From NCBI GenBank assembly GCA_951406725.2, contig OX597817.1, positions 63,612,001 to 63,676,000 on the forward strand: a DNA stretch of 64,000 nt. Direction: 5' to 3'. This stretch comes from Octopus vulgaris (taxonomy: Eukaryota). Each line of letters starts with the position of its first letter. Positions within the stretch are counted from its first letter, which is position 1. Made by a program: the position numbers and the translations under genes. Positions 41,790-55,160 of the stretch are shown in pieces. The notes beneath the pieces were generated by a model. The model searched no databases, had not been told where the DNA came from, and worked only from the letters and a program-made list of their open reading frames with translations.

Positions 41790-42278
41790 TGTATGTATGT
41801 ATGTATGTATGGATAACATGAATACACTGGGATTGAAAATCGGGACAGGTACATTATAAACACTCCGATACCATTCAGATCTGGGTAACCGCCTCAAATG
41901 ATAGGTAACATTCAGAAGCGTTTAAGATAAACAATTAAACTCTACTTCATTCGATACGTAAATCATGAGTTCACTTCGTTGTTTACCATATAGCATGGAG
42001 AATTATACACCTTCAAAATCTATTTATTAAGGTATATTCTTCATATTCCATTCCAACAATAAAGCTGCATAGGATTGTCAACATTTAGATTTGAATGTGT
42101 TGTGATTTAATATAAATCAACTAAATGCACATATCAACTGGATAAGTGTTTTGCTGTCAAAGGACAGTAGAGTACTTAGCCAATAGAAACATGTCTCTGA
42201 ACTGAATATGAAAAAAATACGTTAATAAATAAATCTTGAAGATGTGTAATTCTCCATTCTTTATTATGACATCTTGTA

Positions 42279-42339
<61 letters not shown>

Positions 42340-42340
42340 G

Positions 42341-42377
<37 letters not shown>

Positions 42378-42389
42378 ATGTATGTATAA

Positions 42390-43017
42390 AGAAAAAGGCG
42401 GCAGTCAGGATTTGGATAAGCACTATGAACTATTTATTTAACACTTTCGTCCCTTTGAGGGTTTCATCGCGAATGATTTTTGTTATAGAAAATTCATTCC
42501 TTTTATATATATATATGTGAGTGAGTTGGAAAGAAAAATCTACAGTTGTATTTGCTTCCTTGAGTTTGGGGAAGTGGATGTTTTTAGATTGGTTGAAAGG
42601 TTCTTTGTTATTTTGAATCTATATGTGTGTATATATGTGTATGTGTATATGTGCGTGTATGCATATATATGCGTGTGTGTGTGTGTGTGTATGTATATAT
42701 GTGTATGTGTGTGTCTTGAATTTTTGGAGGCTTGGTTGCAGTGAGAAAAGGAAAAAGAAAGGGAAGAAAGAAAGAAAGAGAGAAAGCAAGAAAGGAGTGT
42801 TTTTTCTGAGATGGTTGAAATTGATGACAGATCAAAAAAGTGAAATTTCTTATCAATTGGAATAGATTTCTTTTAGTCGTTGTGTGACCGACAGTATTTT
42901 CGGTCAGTTGTCATGTTACTCAGCTATAGAAAATAGAATCTATCAAATTATTTTGGAAGGTTTTTAAATGTGTGTGTGTTTGAGTATGTTTAAGAGCATG
43001 TATGGGTGAGAGAGAGG

Positions 43018-43076
<59 letters not shown>

Positions 43077-43135
43077 CTGTGTGTTGTTTGCTTAAGTTAA
43101 TATTTCTAGTAATTCTAATAACATTAATGAGAACA
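42390..43135 (-). mobile_element. Probable 3' region of the Penelope-like element at 43780-44438, with a decayed hammerhead near 42436-42475
   Basis: Minus: cattc-gcGATGA-aaccc(tcaaa)gggac-GAAA-gtg-TT; lies downstream of the endonuclease on the same strand. Confidence 0.4.
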
Positions 43136-43141
43136 TTAATA

Positions 43142-43586
43142 TCTGCTCAATACCACAGATTTGCTTGTCAGTTGTTTGACCTTAACCAGTTGAGCATGTC
43201 CCTTAGTGGCTGACGATATGTGCATCTCTGATCACGAGCAGAAGTAGTGGGGGAGCATCATAGCCATGTGTTGAGAGGGATTCTTTGGGGTTTGAATAAT
43301 TCACCTCTGGGAACATGGGTGTTTCATTCAACATCCTTAAACAACCCTTATTCAGGGACCTTTTGAGCGGGATGGGTTACTCGAACAGAAGAAAATTCTA
43401 ACTGGGCCCCACCTGCAAGGTCATGTGCTGTTTATCTTGATATGAGATCACCATGTCGCGCACATATGGTTGTGATGCATGTGCCTAGTGTACCCTTATC
43501 AGACGGGTAGTCATGATGGGTATACTGGGCTTCGTATATTTTACCCCAGTGTCACTTTGATGGCATGCACTGCTCTCTCACTCAAT
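43142..43586 (+). mobile_element. 5'-truncated copy of the ~470-bp repeat with (CTA)n(AAT)n tail
   Basis: Reverse complement of 16678-17122. Confidence 0.85.
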
Positions 43587-43587
43587 G

Positions 43588-43656
<69 letters not shown>

Positions 43657-43779
43657 ATAATAATAATAATAATAATAAAAATAATAATAATATCCAGTGA
43701 TAATTTGGTTTGGTTCATCTGGGGAAACAATTTTTTTTAAAAAAGGATTTCTCATGTGTTTGCAAATATATATTTTATA

Positions 43780-44438
43780 CGTTTAATTGAGCTAAAAAAT
43801 GTTTTTATAAAATATAGTTCCATTACCTCCTGGTACTTCGGATCAACCAATGGGCATTTGTTCATAGGAAAGATCGGGGATCTGCTGATTCCACATATTC
43901 CCAGATGCTTGCTCAGTGGAATCTTACGTAATTCGTTTAGTGTGATGTGTTGTCTGTGGATTCTGTGTGGTCTTGCTCATATCTGCATTATTTTGGTGTA
44001 TAATAGAATCCACCTTAAAATTTTATAAGGGAACCAGTGCCCAAATATTTGAAGTTGTTGTTGGTACATATTCGACTTCTATTGTCTCCACAGTCCCTCA
44101 TGGAGAATTCTGATGTGAGTTTTGCCCTTGTGAGATGTTTTTTTAGGATCTTTTGGCTGGCGTTTACTGTTTCTTATGAGATTTCAATAACCATATTTTT
44201 TTCTTTTTGGGGCTGTGTAAAAGTATTGGTAGGCTTGTTTTTATATGTTGGCTGTTCTCAGATTATGGCTGTTGATAAATGGAGAAGTATTTTCTTTGAT
44301 GTTTACTTAGGTGTCCTTAGCTGTCCAGTTTTATTGCTTTTATAATTCCATCATTAATTTTAAGGGGTAATTCTGTTTTTTAAGGAAGCTTTTAAGTTCA
44401 ATGAGTCGAATTTGAAGTCTTTTGGGGTCAACCACTTG
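43780..44438 (-). pseudogene. Decayed Penelope-like ORF: end of RT region plus GIY-YIG endonuclease
   Basis: Minus-strand pieces RLIELKSFLKKQNYP; RQPK..KKHLTRAKL; CGDNR; RIHRQHI...ELRKIPLSKHLGICG...IFP..K...ELYFIKTF..QLN are typical PLE C-terminal motifs; many frameshifts. Confidence 0.75.
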
Positions 44439-44637
44439 CCATATTCTTTCTTCCTGTCTGTCTTCTTTTCTTTTTCCTTTTCTCTCTCTAGCCAAACCTC
44501 CAAACATTTACCATACATAAGTACTTATACGTACATAAATACACACACACACATATATATATACAGACACACATATACAGATTCAAAATGGAACTTCTCG
44601 ACTATTTCTAAAACATCCTTTCTCAAAATCCAAGACA

Positions 44638-45517
<880 letters not shown>

Positions 45518-45616
45518 TTTCCTCTATTTACATAATATTGAGGTCTCTTTCTTTCTTTTGTTATCTTACTGTTTTTACCAATATACATATATATATATAT
45601 ATATAAATATATATAT

Positions 45617-45940
45617 AGTTACAGAGATGTACTTGCATAGCAAGTGACTTGATCTGAGATCGTGTGCTGGAACGAAAACAGTTGCAGCGTTGAAGGTGTT
45701 TATAAGCCATTTAAGAAACACACAAAAACCGTTAGATTCACTTCAACATTTAAATTTAATTTGTGAAAATATTTTCGTCGCTTTGAGACCGCGACCTGTT
45801 AGCACGATATTTTTGTCAGTGAACAGGTCGCGGTCTGAAAGCGACGAAAATATTTTGGCAAATTAAATTTAAATGTTGAAGTGAATGTAACGGTTTTTGT
45901 GTGTTTCTTAAATGGCTTACAAACACCTTCCACGCTGCAA
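45617..45940. mobile_element. Fold-back element in (TA)n with ~120-bp arms and a hammerhead-like motif
   Basis: 45682-45800 is inverted at 45822-45940; further family pieces at 32471 and 57484. Confidence 0.8.
45812..45862 (+). ncRNA. Type I hammerhead-like motif with swapped G3:C8 core pair
   Basis: tttgtca-GTGAACA-g-gtcgc(ggtctgaaa)gcgac-GAAA-atat-TT-tggcaaa; 7-bp helix I, 5-bp helix II, palindromic AATATT helix III. Confidence 0.65.
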
Positions 45941-46019
45941 TATATATATACACACATATATATATATGTATGTATGTATGTATGTGTGTATATGTGTATG
46001 CATGTATGTGTGTGTGTGT

Positions 46020-46240
46020 GCGTGTCTGTGCTTGTGATTGTCCTCCACCACTGCTTGACAACGAATGTTGGTTTGTTTACATCCCTGTCACCTAGTGGTT
46101 TGACAAAGGAAACAGATAGAATAAGTACAATGCTTCCAAAAATAAAACTGGAGTTGATTCATTAAATTACAATTCTTCAAGGCATTGCCCCAGCATGGCC
46201 ACAGACCAATGGCTGGAAAAAGCAGAAGAATAAAAGAATA
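46020..46240 (+). mobile_element. 3' part of the CORE-like SINE (47317 family)
   Basis: caccactgcttgacaacg...gatagaataagtac...ccagcatggccacag. Confidence 0.75.
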
Positions 46241-46305
46241 CATTCTCTGCTTTGGTCATATGTTGAAGGCATGAGAAAGCTTGAGTTTACATGAGAAGGC
46301 CTAAC

Positions 46306-46782
46306 AGACCTGGTAGAAACAGCAGCCAAATCTCCCTCAAATCACACCTTACTGTCTTATGTATGTATATATATATGAGCCAATGAGGGGGACCTCTACA
46401 TGGTAGCTAGACCTGGTAGAAATAGCAGCCAAATTTCCCCCAAATCACACCTTACTGTCTTATCTATGTATATATGTATGTATGAGCCTATGAGGGAGAC
46501 CCCTACATGGCAGCTAGACCTGGTAGAAATAGCAGCCAAATTTCCCCCAAATCACACCTTACTGTCTTATCTATGTATATATGTATGTATGAGCCTATGA
46601 GGGAGACCCCTACATGGCAGCTAGACCTGGTAGAAATAGCAGCCAAATTTCCCCCAAATCACACCTTACTGTCTTATCTATGTATATATGTATGTATGAG
46701 CCTATGAGGAGACCCCTACATGGCAGCTAGACATGGTAGAAATAGCAGCCAAATCTCCCTCAAATCACACCTTACTGTCTTA
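46306..46782 (+). repeat. Minisatellite, ~107-bp unit, about 4.5 copies
   Basis: Units start near 46307, 46410, 46517, 46624 and 46730; internal units are almost identical. Confidence 0.95.
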
Positions 46783-47316
46783 TCTTTCTGCTACTTGGAT
46801 ATAGGTGTTATATTCGTCGTAAAAAACTTTCCTGTCACACACTCACGCACACGCACACACACACACACACACACCCTCACACACACACACACGCGCACAC
46901 CCACACCCACCCACTCACACACACGCACGTTAGCTTACAATTTTATTTATATATTTGCGTGTCTGTGTGGAAAGAGGAAGTGGGAGGCAGAGTGAAAGAA
47001 TCACTCACTACAGTAAGTCAATTACTTTCATTTTATTCGTTGCCCACTGTGTGTGTGCGTTTGCGTGTGCTGTAAACCAGACTAAGAAAAGCATTTGACA
47101 CACACACCAGAATGTGAGTTTTCTGTAAATTTTGCTTAACTGGAGTTTAAATTTTAAAAACTGGACCTGGCATGACGCGATGCATTGTACTCTTAAAAAT
47201 GCAAGGTAAATTGTAATTGAAGAAATCCTATATTGTAGATTTGTATAACTCCCAAAGGGAGGCAGATAAAATCTGCCTTTTATAATAAGAGATATATAAT
47301 ATTCTTTCTTTTCTTT

Positions 47317-47690
47317 TATTCTTTTACTTGTTTCAGTCATTTGACTGCGGCCATGCTGGAGTACTGCCTTTAGTCGAGCAAATCAACCCCAGGATTTATT
47401 CTTAGTAAGCCTAGTACTTATTCTATCGAGGACGTAAACACACCAGCATCGGTTGTCAAGCGATATGGGGGGGGGGGGGACACAGACACACAAACACACA
47501 CGCATATATATACATATACATGCATACGACGGGCTTTTTTTTCGTTTCTGTCTACCAAATCCACTCACAAGGCTTTGGTTGGCCCGAGGTTATAGTAGAG
47601 GACACTTGCCCAAGGTACTACGCAGTGGGACTGAACCCGGAACCATGTGGTTGGTAAGCAAGTTACTTACCACACAACCATTCCTGCGTC
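47317..47690 (-). mobile_element. Near full-length tRNA-derived SINE with CORE-like segment
   Basis: Minus: gcaggaatggttgtgtggtaag...gggttcagtccc...ccttgggcaagtgtc..., internal (TG/TA)n, tail gactgaaacaagtaaaagaata. Confidence 0.9.
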
Positions 47691-48114
47691 TATGCATGTA
47701 TGTATAATTAGAGCAGAGATTCGTTTATGCATAATAAATAGACATTTGAAAAATCTGTTAATTCAATTTGATTTACGATAGTATTCTTCAACGGTATGTT
47801 TGCTTGTTGTAGGAAAGTAAGTATAAAAGGTATCAGATACTGAAGGAAAGGAAGTAATTGAATTAGCTTCCTGTCAAGCTCTCAAGCCATTTTCAAAATA
47901 GAAGTGTTAAAGTAAGGATATGCGAGAGTGTTAGCGAGTAAACGAACATAAATGGACATAGGTGACAGAGTCACATGCGCAATAAATTCTTGAGAAGAAG
48001 GGATTAATCAAACGGTGTTTCTTGATAAGTGTTGCTGGCTATATTGCTGAAATATATCGAGATAAGAAGAGGCTGTTATTGCAGTTGGCTGTATGCGTAC
48101 GAACTAAGTTAAGT

Positions 48115-48312
48115 CTTTCTACTATAGACACAAGGTCAGAAATTTTGAGGGTTAGGAGAAGTCGATTACATTTACTCTTGTCTTCAACTAGTACTTATTT
48201 TATCGACCCCGAAAGGATGAAATGTAAAGTTGACCTCGGTGAAATTTGAACTCGGAGCGTAAAAAAGCCGGAAGAAATGCCGCTAAACATTTTATTCGAC
48301 GTGCCAACGATT
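48115..48312 (-). mobile_element. Meta-domain SINE
   Basis: gtacttattttatcgaccccgaaaggatgaaa...atttgaactc. Confidence 0.8.
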
Positions 48313-49414
48313 CTATAAATATGGGCAAATTGTATGAAATTAAATTGTTATCTACCTCGTGTTTCTGTCTCCAACAGCCATACAACCAAAAACAAGATAC
48401 ACCCGAGAGAAACGGGGTAGCTGTAACTAAACAAACTTATATTAATCGGTGGATGCAGTTTATTTCATGATAACAACTAGTAATGTCAATATTAAATAAA
48501 GAAAATAGCAAGTTAACTCAAAACAAAATCACCTACGATGACGTCAATAAAAACATTATTGGTAATAGAGAAATTAGACAAAAAACGAGCGGAAGAAGAC
48601 TAATAAGGATCTTGTTAATACAGAGGCATCGATTACAATAACGAGACGAGCAGAAGGCAAGTAGCTGTAGCGATAGCGACGACTAAAATGTAACACCAAC
48701 GTATAGCAAATTACCTACGACAAAATCAACCTCCACAAAGTTAACTTAAATTTAATCAATATACGAGACACCTGTAGTCTTGATATATTGTCAATTATGC
48801 AGTTTTAACAGATTTTCACTGCGCAATCGTATATTAGTTTTGCGTTTTCGGTTTTATGCCGTTCACACTTTAGCGCTTTATGCGGTTCACACGCATGATG
48901 CGGTTCACACTCCTTTGCTTCATGTTAATATAGTACAATGAAAGTAATACTTCCTGTTTGGGAATTTAAACACTGCTTTTGCTATTTATCCAGGTTTTTA
49001 TGATCACGAAAGGCTACTCTAGCCACACAAAAATGTTTTTTTTCCTTTACGTGCACAAAACTACTCGGTGTGTGCTAAAGTGTTGAATTAACATTTTCCT
49101 AGTGTGCATAACTTTTAGTTTAATCGTGTAATAAATTTAATTTTCTTTTAATTTTAAACCGTAGCGCAGTCAACATTTAACGAAATTTGACAATTTATTA
49201 CTTCGAAATTGTAAATCAAAAGGTTATTTCGAACAAATGATCTAATTGTTTTCTGTGCGGTTAATTCCATTTTAATTTTGATTGCATTACATGTGTGTGA
49301 CAGGCACACAAACACGCGCGCGCGCCCACTCACTCACATGGCGTAGACTGATCGTCTTAAGAGATTATTCATCCTCCAAATATATATCTTCTTCCTTTAA
49401 AATATAGTACAAAA

Positions 49415-49560
49415 TTTTACATTCCGAGTTCAAATCCCGTCGAGGTCAACTTTGTCTTTCGTCTTTTCAATATCGATAACATAACGTACCAGTCAAGTAA
49501 TGAGGTTGATGATATCAACTAACCCATCCCCTCGAAAATTTCTGGCCCCGTGCCTTAATA
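49415..49560 (+). mobile_element. Degenerate Meta-domain SINE
   Basis: gagttcaaatcccgtcgaggtcaactttgtctttc. Confidence 0.65.
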
Positions 49561-50747
49561 ACAAAAACAGAGAGAGAGAGAGAGAGAGAGATAACTTAGC
49601 TGTTTTGTACGTATTTCTTATTCAAAATGTGTAACCTCGAGTTACTCTCCAACTGCAGAGGCGCTTTAGGGTGTTCAGATCGCTATTACAATCTCGTAGG
49701 TTCAATTCCTGGACTGGGCGGCGTGTTGCTCAGCTGCTTTGAGCATGTAACTTCATTCCAATTTTTTCTGATGCCTACTCAGTTGAAAATGGGTAGTAGC
49801 CTAGTACAGGTGCAGCTCTTTCTCTCTCCTCTTTCATCTTGATGTGCTGCAGGGCCAAAGTGTGAGTGAGCCAAGTGAGTGTCCTTGCCTGTCAATAACT
49901 ACATAGTCACTTAAAACATTTAACGAACGCCTGGTACATATTACTAAGTCATTTTCCTTCACGGATAACGGCTAGCTATTTATTCTCCCGGTTCGAGTTA
50001 TGTATTACCTTGGAATATTCTCTGCTCTGTACAGTGTATCATTTTAATTTTCAGCATAATCTTCAAACTTGAGGCAAGTCAGCCAATAGAAATGAATGAA
50101 ATATTTAATATTCAAACATTGCTCCCGCTTCTTACAATACCAGGCTATACTTGTTTAGAATAGCAAGCTGCACTAGATAGCTCCTTAGAACAGCGAAGTG
50201 CACTAGATAACTTGATTGAACGAACGGAAATAAAGGTCTTAGCATTGGACACAATTGCACCCGTAACGGAATGCGTATAAACACTCTTAAGGCAGCTATG
50301 TTATGACCTCTGCGTGCCATACTTAACGTATATGCACAGAAAGCATGATGTGGTGTTTTTTATTTGAGAGAAAAATCTTTTCATAGATATGTTGTGTTAA
50401 AATATATGTCAGAATGAGGTAAGTTTAGATTCAGTAATGACTTATGACAAAGTCAGAAGCACTTCGGCCTTCATGGGCTTTGTTAATTACGTGTAGCCGG
50501 CCGTCATATGACTAGTCAAAAATTGTACCGTCCAGTATATAGCGAAATAATGAATAATACATTCACTGATATTGCGGAAAGTTTGTCGAGCTCTATTGAG
50601 CTCGGTGTACGCAATTTAACAGCACTAAATTAAAAATAGCCTTCTGCGTATCATAGTTAACGTATATATATCACAGAATGGCATGAAGCAGTGAAACAGT
50701 GTTTTTTTTTGTCTGAAAGAGAATTTGTTTATAGACATGTGTATAAA

Positions 50748-50840
<93 letters not shown>

Positions 50841-51694
50841 CATATGGATGGATGGATGGATGGATGGATGGATGTATGTATGGATGGATGTATGTATGTA
50901 TGTATGTATTTATGTATATTTTTTCAATGTTTACAAATAACACGGAAAAAGTAAATAAATAGTTACCAGGGTAGCAAAAATTCACATATGTGCCAAGCAT
51001 GTTACAGCCTACTTATAAAGGTAGAGATTCCAGGGTTTATTGAAATGCTTTTGCTTAACATAGATAATTTAAGAAATGGAGTTAAACGCAGGTATTATTC
51101 AAATGTTTATACTGCCGACAAAGAAAACATTGGTATTATTCGCGAGGGAATAAAAATGATATAAAATAATATAATCATGAAGGGAACGCTGGCAAGTTAT
51201 CTTTTTTTAAACCGTTACTAGATTTAACGTCAAAGGCAATTTAGAGAAAGGGAAGGAGGAGAAAAATCTATTAACGGTTTTTAAAAACTAACTTGCCAGC
51301 CTTACCTTCATCGTATACGCTGTAATCACATTCGGTTAAAATGGTTTATTGATGTGTCTTGTTTTTCTTTTTTCCTGACAAGATGATTACATTGTTTTAC
51401 ATCATTTTATTCCCCCAAGAATCATACCAATGTTTTCTTCGAAACATTTGTCGGAAGTATAAAGATTTGAATAACACCAGCGTTTAACTCCATTTCTTAA
51501 TTTATATATATATATACATATAAAATATTAGGGAATAAATCCAAACTTACAGGGAAAAAATTAGATTTAGGATTGAATCCAATTTTATAGTAAAATATTA
51601 TATTATATTAAATTAGAGATAAAGCCACTATTAGGCAAATCATACAATGAAAAACTTAAATATATATCAAAATTATTAAAAAAGATAATTAATA

Positions 51695-51766
51695 TAACAC
51701 TACGATCGTTTCATGGCTGTTCAATTCTTAAAATTTTCGAGTTACAGTCATTCTTCCGGTGGTTTA
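51695..51766 (-). ncRNA. Hammerhead-like motif, core CGGAAGA (U4G lesion); duplicate at ~52898-52968
   Basis: Minus: aaccac-CGGAAGA-atgactgt...acagccat-GAAA-cgatcg-TA-gtgtt. The inverted copy at 53440-53491 has intact CTGAAGA but stops just before GAAA. Confidence 0.65.
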
Positions 51767-52379
51767 CATATCTAAACTATAATCAATATTTTTAAGATAT
51801 AAATAATATATATAATATAATAATTTTACTTATAATAAACTCTATTATCAAATATGATTATAAATACTTATAAAGGTAGAGATTCCAGGGTTTATTGAAA
51901 TGCTTTTGCTTAACATAGATAATTTAAGAAATGGAGTTAAACGCAGGTATTATTCAAATGTTTATACTGCCGACAAAGAAAACATTGGTATTATTCGCGA
52001 GGGAATAAAAATGATATAAAATAATATAATCATGAAGGGAACGCTGGCAAGTTATCTTTTTTTAAACCGTTACTAGATTTAACGTCAAAGGCAATTTAGA
52101 GAAAGGGAAGGAGGAGAAAAATCTATTAACGGTTTTTAAAAACTAACTTGCCAGCCTTACCTTCATCGTATACGCTGTAATCACATTCGGTTAAAATGGT
52201 TTATTGATGTGTCTTGTTTTTCTTTTTCCTGACAAGATGATTACATTGTTTTACATCATTTTATTCCCCCAAGAATCATACCAATGTTTTCTTCGAAACA
52301 TTTGTCGGAAGTATAAAAGATTTGAATAACACCAGCGTTTAACTCCATTTCTTAATTTATATATATATATACACATAAA

Positions 52380-52680
52380 GGCGCATGGCTCAGTGGTTAG
52401 AGCGTCGAGCTTACGATCGTGAGGTTGTGAGCTCGAATCCCGGACCGGGCTGCGTGTTGTGTTCTCGAGCAAGGCACTTTATTTCACGTTGCTCCAGTTC
52501 ACTCAGCTGTAGAAATGAGTTGCGACGTCACTGGTGCCAAGCTGTATCGACCTTTGTCTTTCCCTTGGATAACACTGGTGGCGTGGAGGGGAGGCTGGTA
52601 TGCATGGGCGACTGCTGGCCTTCCATAAACAACCTTGCCCGGACTTGTATCTAGGAAGGTAACTTTCTAGGTGCAATCCC
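52380..52680 (+). mobile_element. tRNA-derived CORE-like SINE with 11-bp TSD
   Basis: atacacataaa at 52369-52379 and 52681-52691; the duplicate segment has the empty site near 51515. Confidence 0.92.
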
Positions 52681-53649
52681 ATACACATAAAATATTAGGG
52701 AATAAATCCAAACTTACAGGGAAAAAATTAGATTTAGGATTGAATCCAATTTTATAGTAAAATATTATATTATATTAAATTAGAGATAAAGCCACTATTA
52801 GGCAAATCATACAATGAAAAACTTAAGCCAATACATAAGATTAATTAATTTATATTATTTAAATATATATCAAAATTATTAAAAAAGATAATTAATATAA
52901 CACTACGATCGTTTCATGGCTGTTCAATTCTTAAAATTTTCGAGTTACAGTCATTCTTCCGGTGGTTTACATATCTAAAATATAATCAATATTTTTAACA
53001 TATAAATAATATATATAATATAATAATTTTACTTATAATAAACTCTATTATCAAATATGATTATATCCAAATCGACTACAATGTTAAATATTAATTTATA
53101 AGCTATTTCATCTTTAAATATGGAAAATTAAATTTATTAGGTTTTTATTATATACAATTACTTATAGAGATTATTTTAGATCTTGATTATAATATTTATA
53201 TATATATTTTCATTGATAATTTATATATATTAGTCATTTTAAATATTTATGTAATTAGATATAGACTAATATTGATATTAGATTATGGGTTTCCTGCCTT
53301 ATAAATTAAAATTAATATTTAACATTATAATCGATTTGGATATAATCATATTTGATAATAGAGTTTATTATAAGTAAAATTATTATATTATATATATTAT
53401 TTATATCTTAAAAATATTGATTATATTTTAGATAATGTAAACCACCTGAAGAATGACTGTAACTCGAAAATTTTAAGAATTGAACAGCCATTTATTTATT
53501 CATATATTATTCAAAATATTCAACGTAAACATGAAGTTTCTACCTTTATAAACAAGGAGTTACGACACCTTTACTTGTGAGATTTTTGCTGCCCTGGTAA
53601 CTATTTTTTTTCCGTGTTAATTGTTAACAAGGTAAAAATACACTCATCT

Positions 53650-53697
53650 ATTTATATACATATATATATACATATATATACATATATACATATATAT

Positions 53698-53746
<49 letters not shown>

Positions 53747-53753
53747 TATATAC

Positions 53754-53806
<53 letters not shown>

Positions 53807-53899
53807 TATACATATATATATATATACATATGTTCATATATATATATACATATATTATATATATATATACATATATATATATATACATATATATATACG

Positions 53900-53939
<40 letters not shown>

Positions 53940-53948
53940 TATACGTAT

Positions 53949-53986
<38 letters not shown>

Positions 53987-54074
53987 ATATACGTATATAC
54001 ATATATATATATACACATATATATACGTATATACATATATACATATATATATATATACATATATATATACGTAT

Positions 54075-54120
<46 letters not shown>

Positions 54121-54170
54121 GTATATACATATATACATACATATATATATACACACACACATATATATAT
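53650..54170. repeat. (TA)n/(TACA) microsatellite
   Basis: Seen directly. Confidence 0.95.
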
Positions 54171-54174
54171 AGAG

Positions 54175-54425
54175 AGAAAATAGTAAAAAGTGAAAAAACT
54201 ACAGAAGGCTTGTTTTAAAGGTTAAAAAATATATTTGAGTCATTTTGTCAGAAGAATGTTATAAAATTTTTTCATACAGTGACATAGTTTTTGAAGAAAT
54301 TTCTTCAAAAACTATGTCACTGTATGAAAAATATTTATAACATTCTTCTGACAATATGACTCAAATATATTTTTTAACCTTTTAAAACAAGCCTTCTGTA
54401 GTTTTTTCACTTTTTACTATTTTCT
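54175..54425. repeat. Near-perfect ~250-bp palindrome with no spacer
   Basis: Centre gaagaaa|tttcttc at 54299/54300; few mismatches between arms. Confidence 0.9.
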
Positions 54426-54464
54426 ATATATTCAACCACGTGCTTTCACACGCCAACTTTCTCA

Positions 54465-54505
<41 letters not shown>

Positions 54506-54526
54506 TATATATATATACGTATATAC

Positions 54527-54620
<94 letters not shown>

Positions 54621-55160
54621 CGATATTAATAATACAATAATTGTTTCTTGTCAGGAACAAAAAAAGTTTAATAGGAATGCTATAGAAGTGCTCTATTGGA
54701 AGAGACAAAAATATCAAACTAAAATCATTGAACAAACAAATGCAAGGTCATCCGCATATCATTTCATAATTCGAACATTTAATTATAGAATAAACATATA
54801 ACCCGCAAGATGGAACAAAATTCATATGTATAGCACGTAATAATAATAATAATATGGTGCGAGAAAAATTCTTATCATTAAAAATTTAGAATTAATATTT
54901 TAGCGATTCAATGAAAATGCATTTATAAAAGGACGTAGAAAGTAAAATATAATATAAGTAATATATAAAAACATATAGGTATATAAAAATATAGGCATAT
55001 AAAAATATATAAAACACATATAAATATATATACATATAGGAGCATATAAAAAAATATATAATATATATATCATGTAAATAAAGTAAAATAAGGTTCATCG
55101 TTTAGAAATCTTATTCAGGTAAAGTAGCCTTATATTTAAGAAGGAAATCATGTTTACTTA

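Larger units (their letters stand above)
50925..53635. mobile_element. Composite fold-back locus between microsatellites: outer inverted repeats, ~850-bp tandem duplication, nested hairpins and hammerhead motifs
   Basis: 50925-51030 is inverted at ~53530-53630; 51009-51862 is repeated at 51865-53064; 52917-53102 is inverted at 53298-53491. Confidence 0.75.

Noticed and set aside
46306-46782. CRISPR-like array
   Set aside because: Units are contiguous tandem copies without unique spacers, in eukaryotic DNA.
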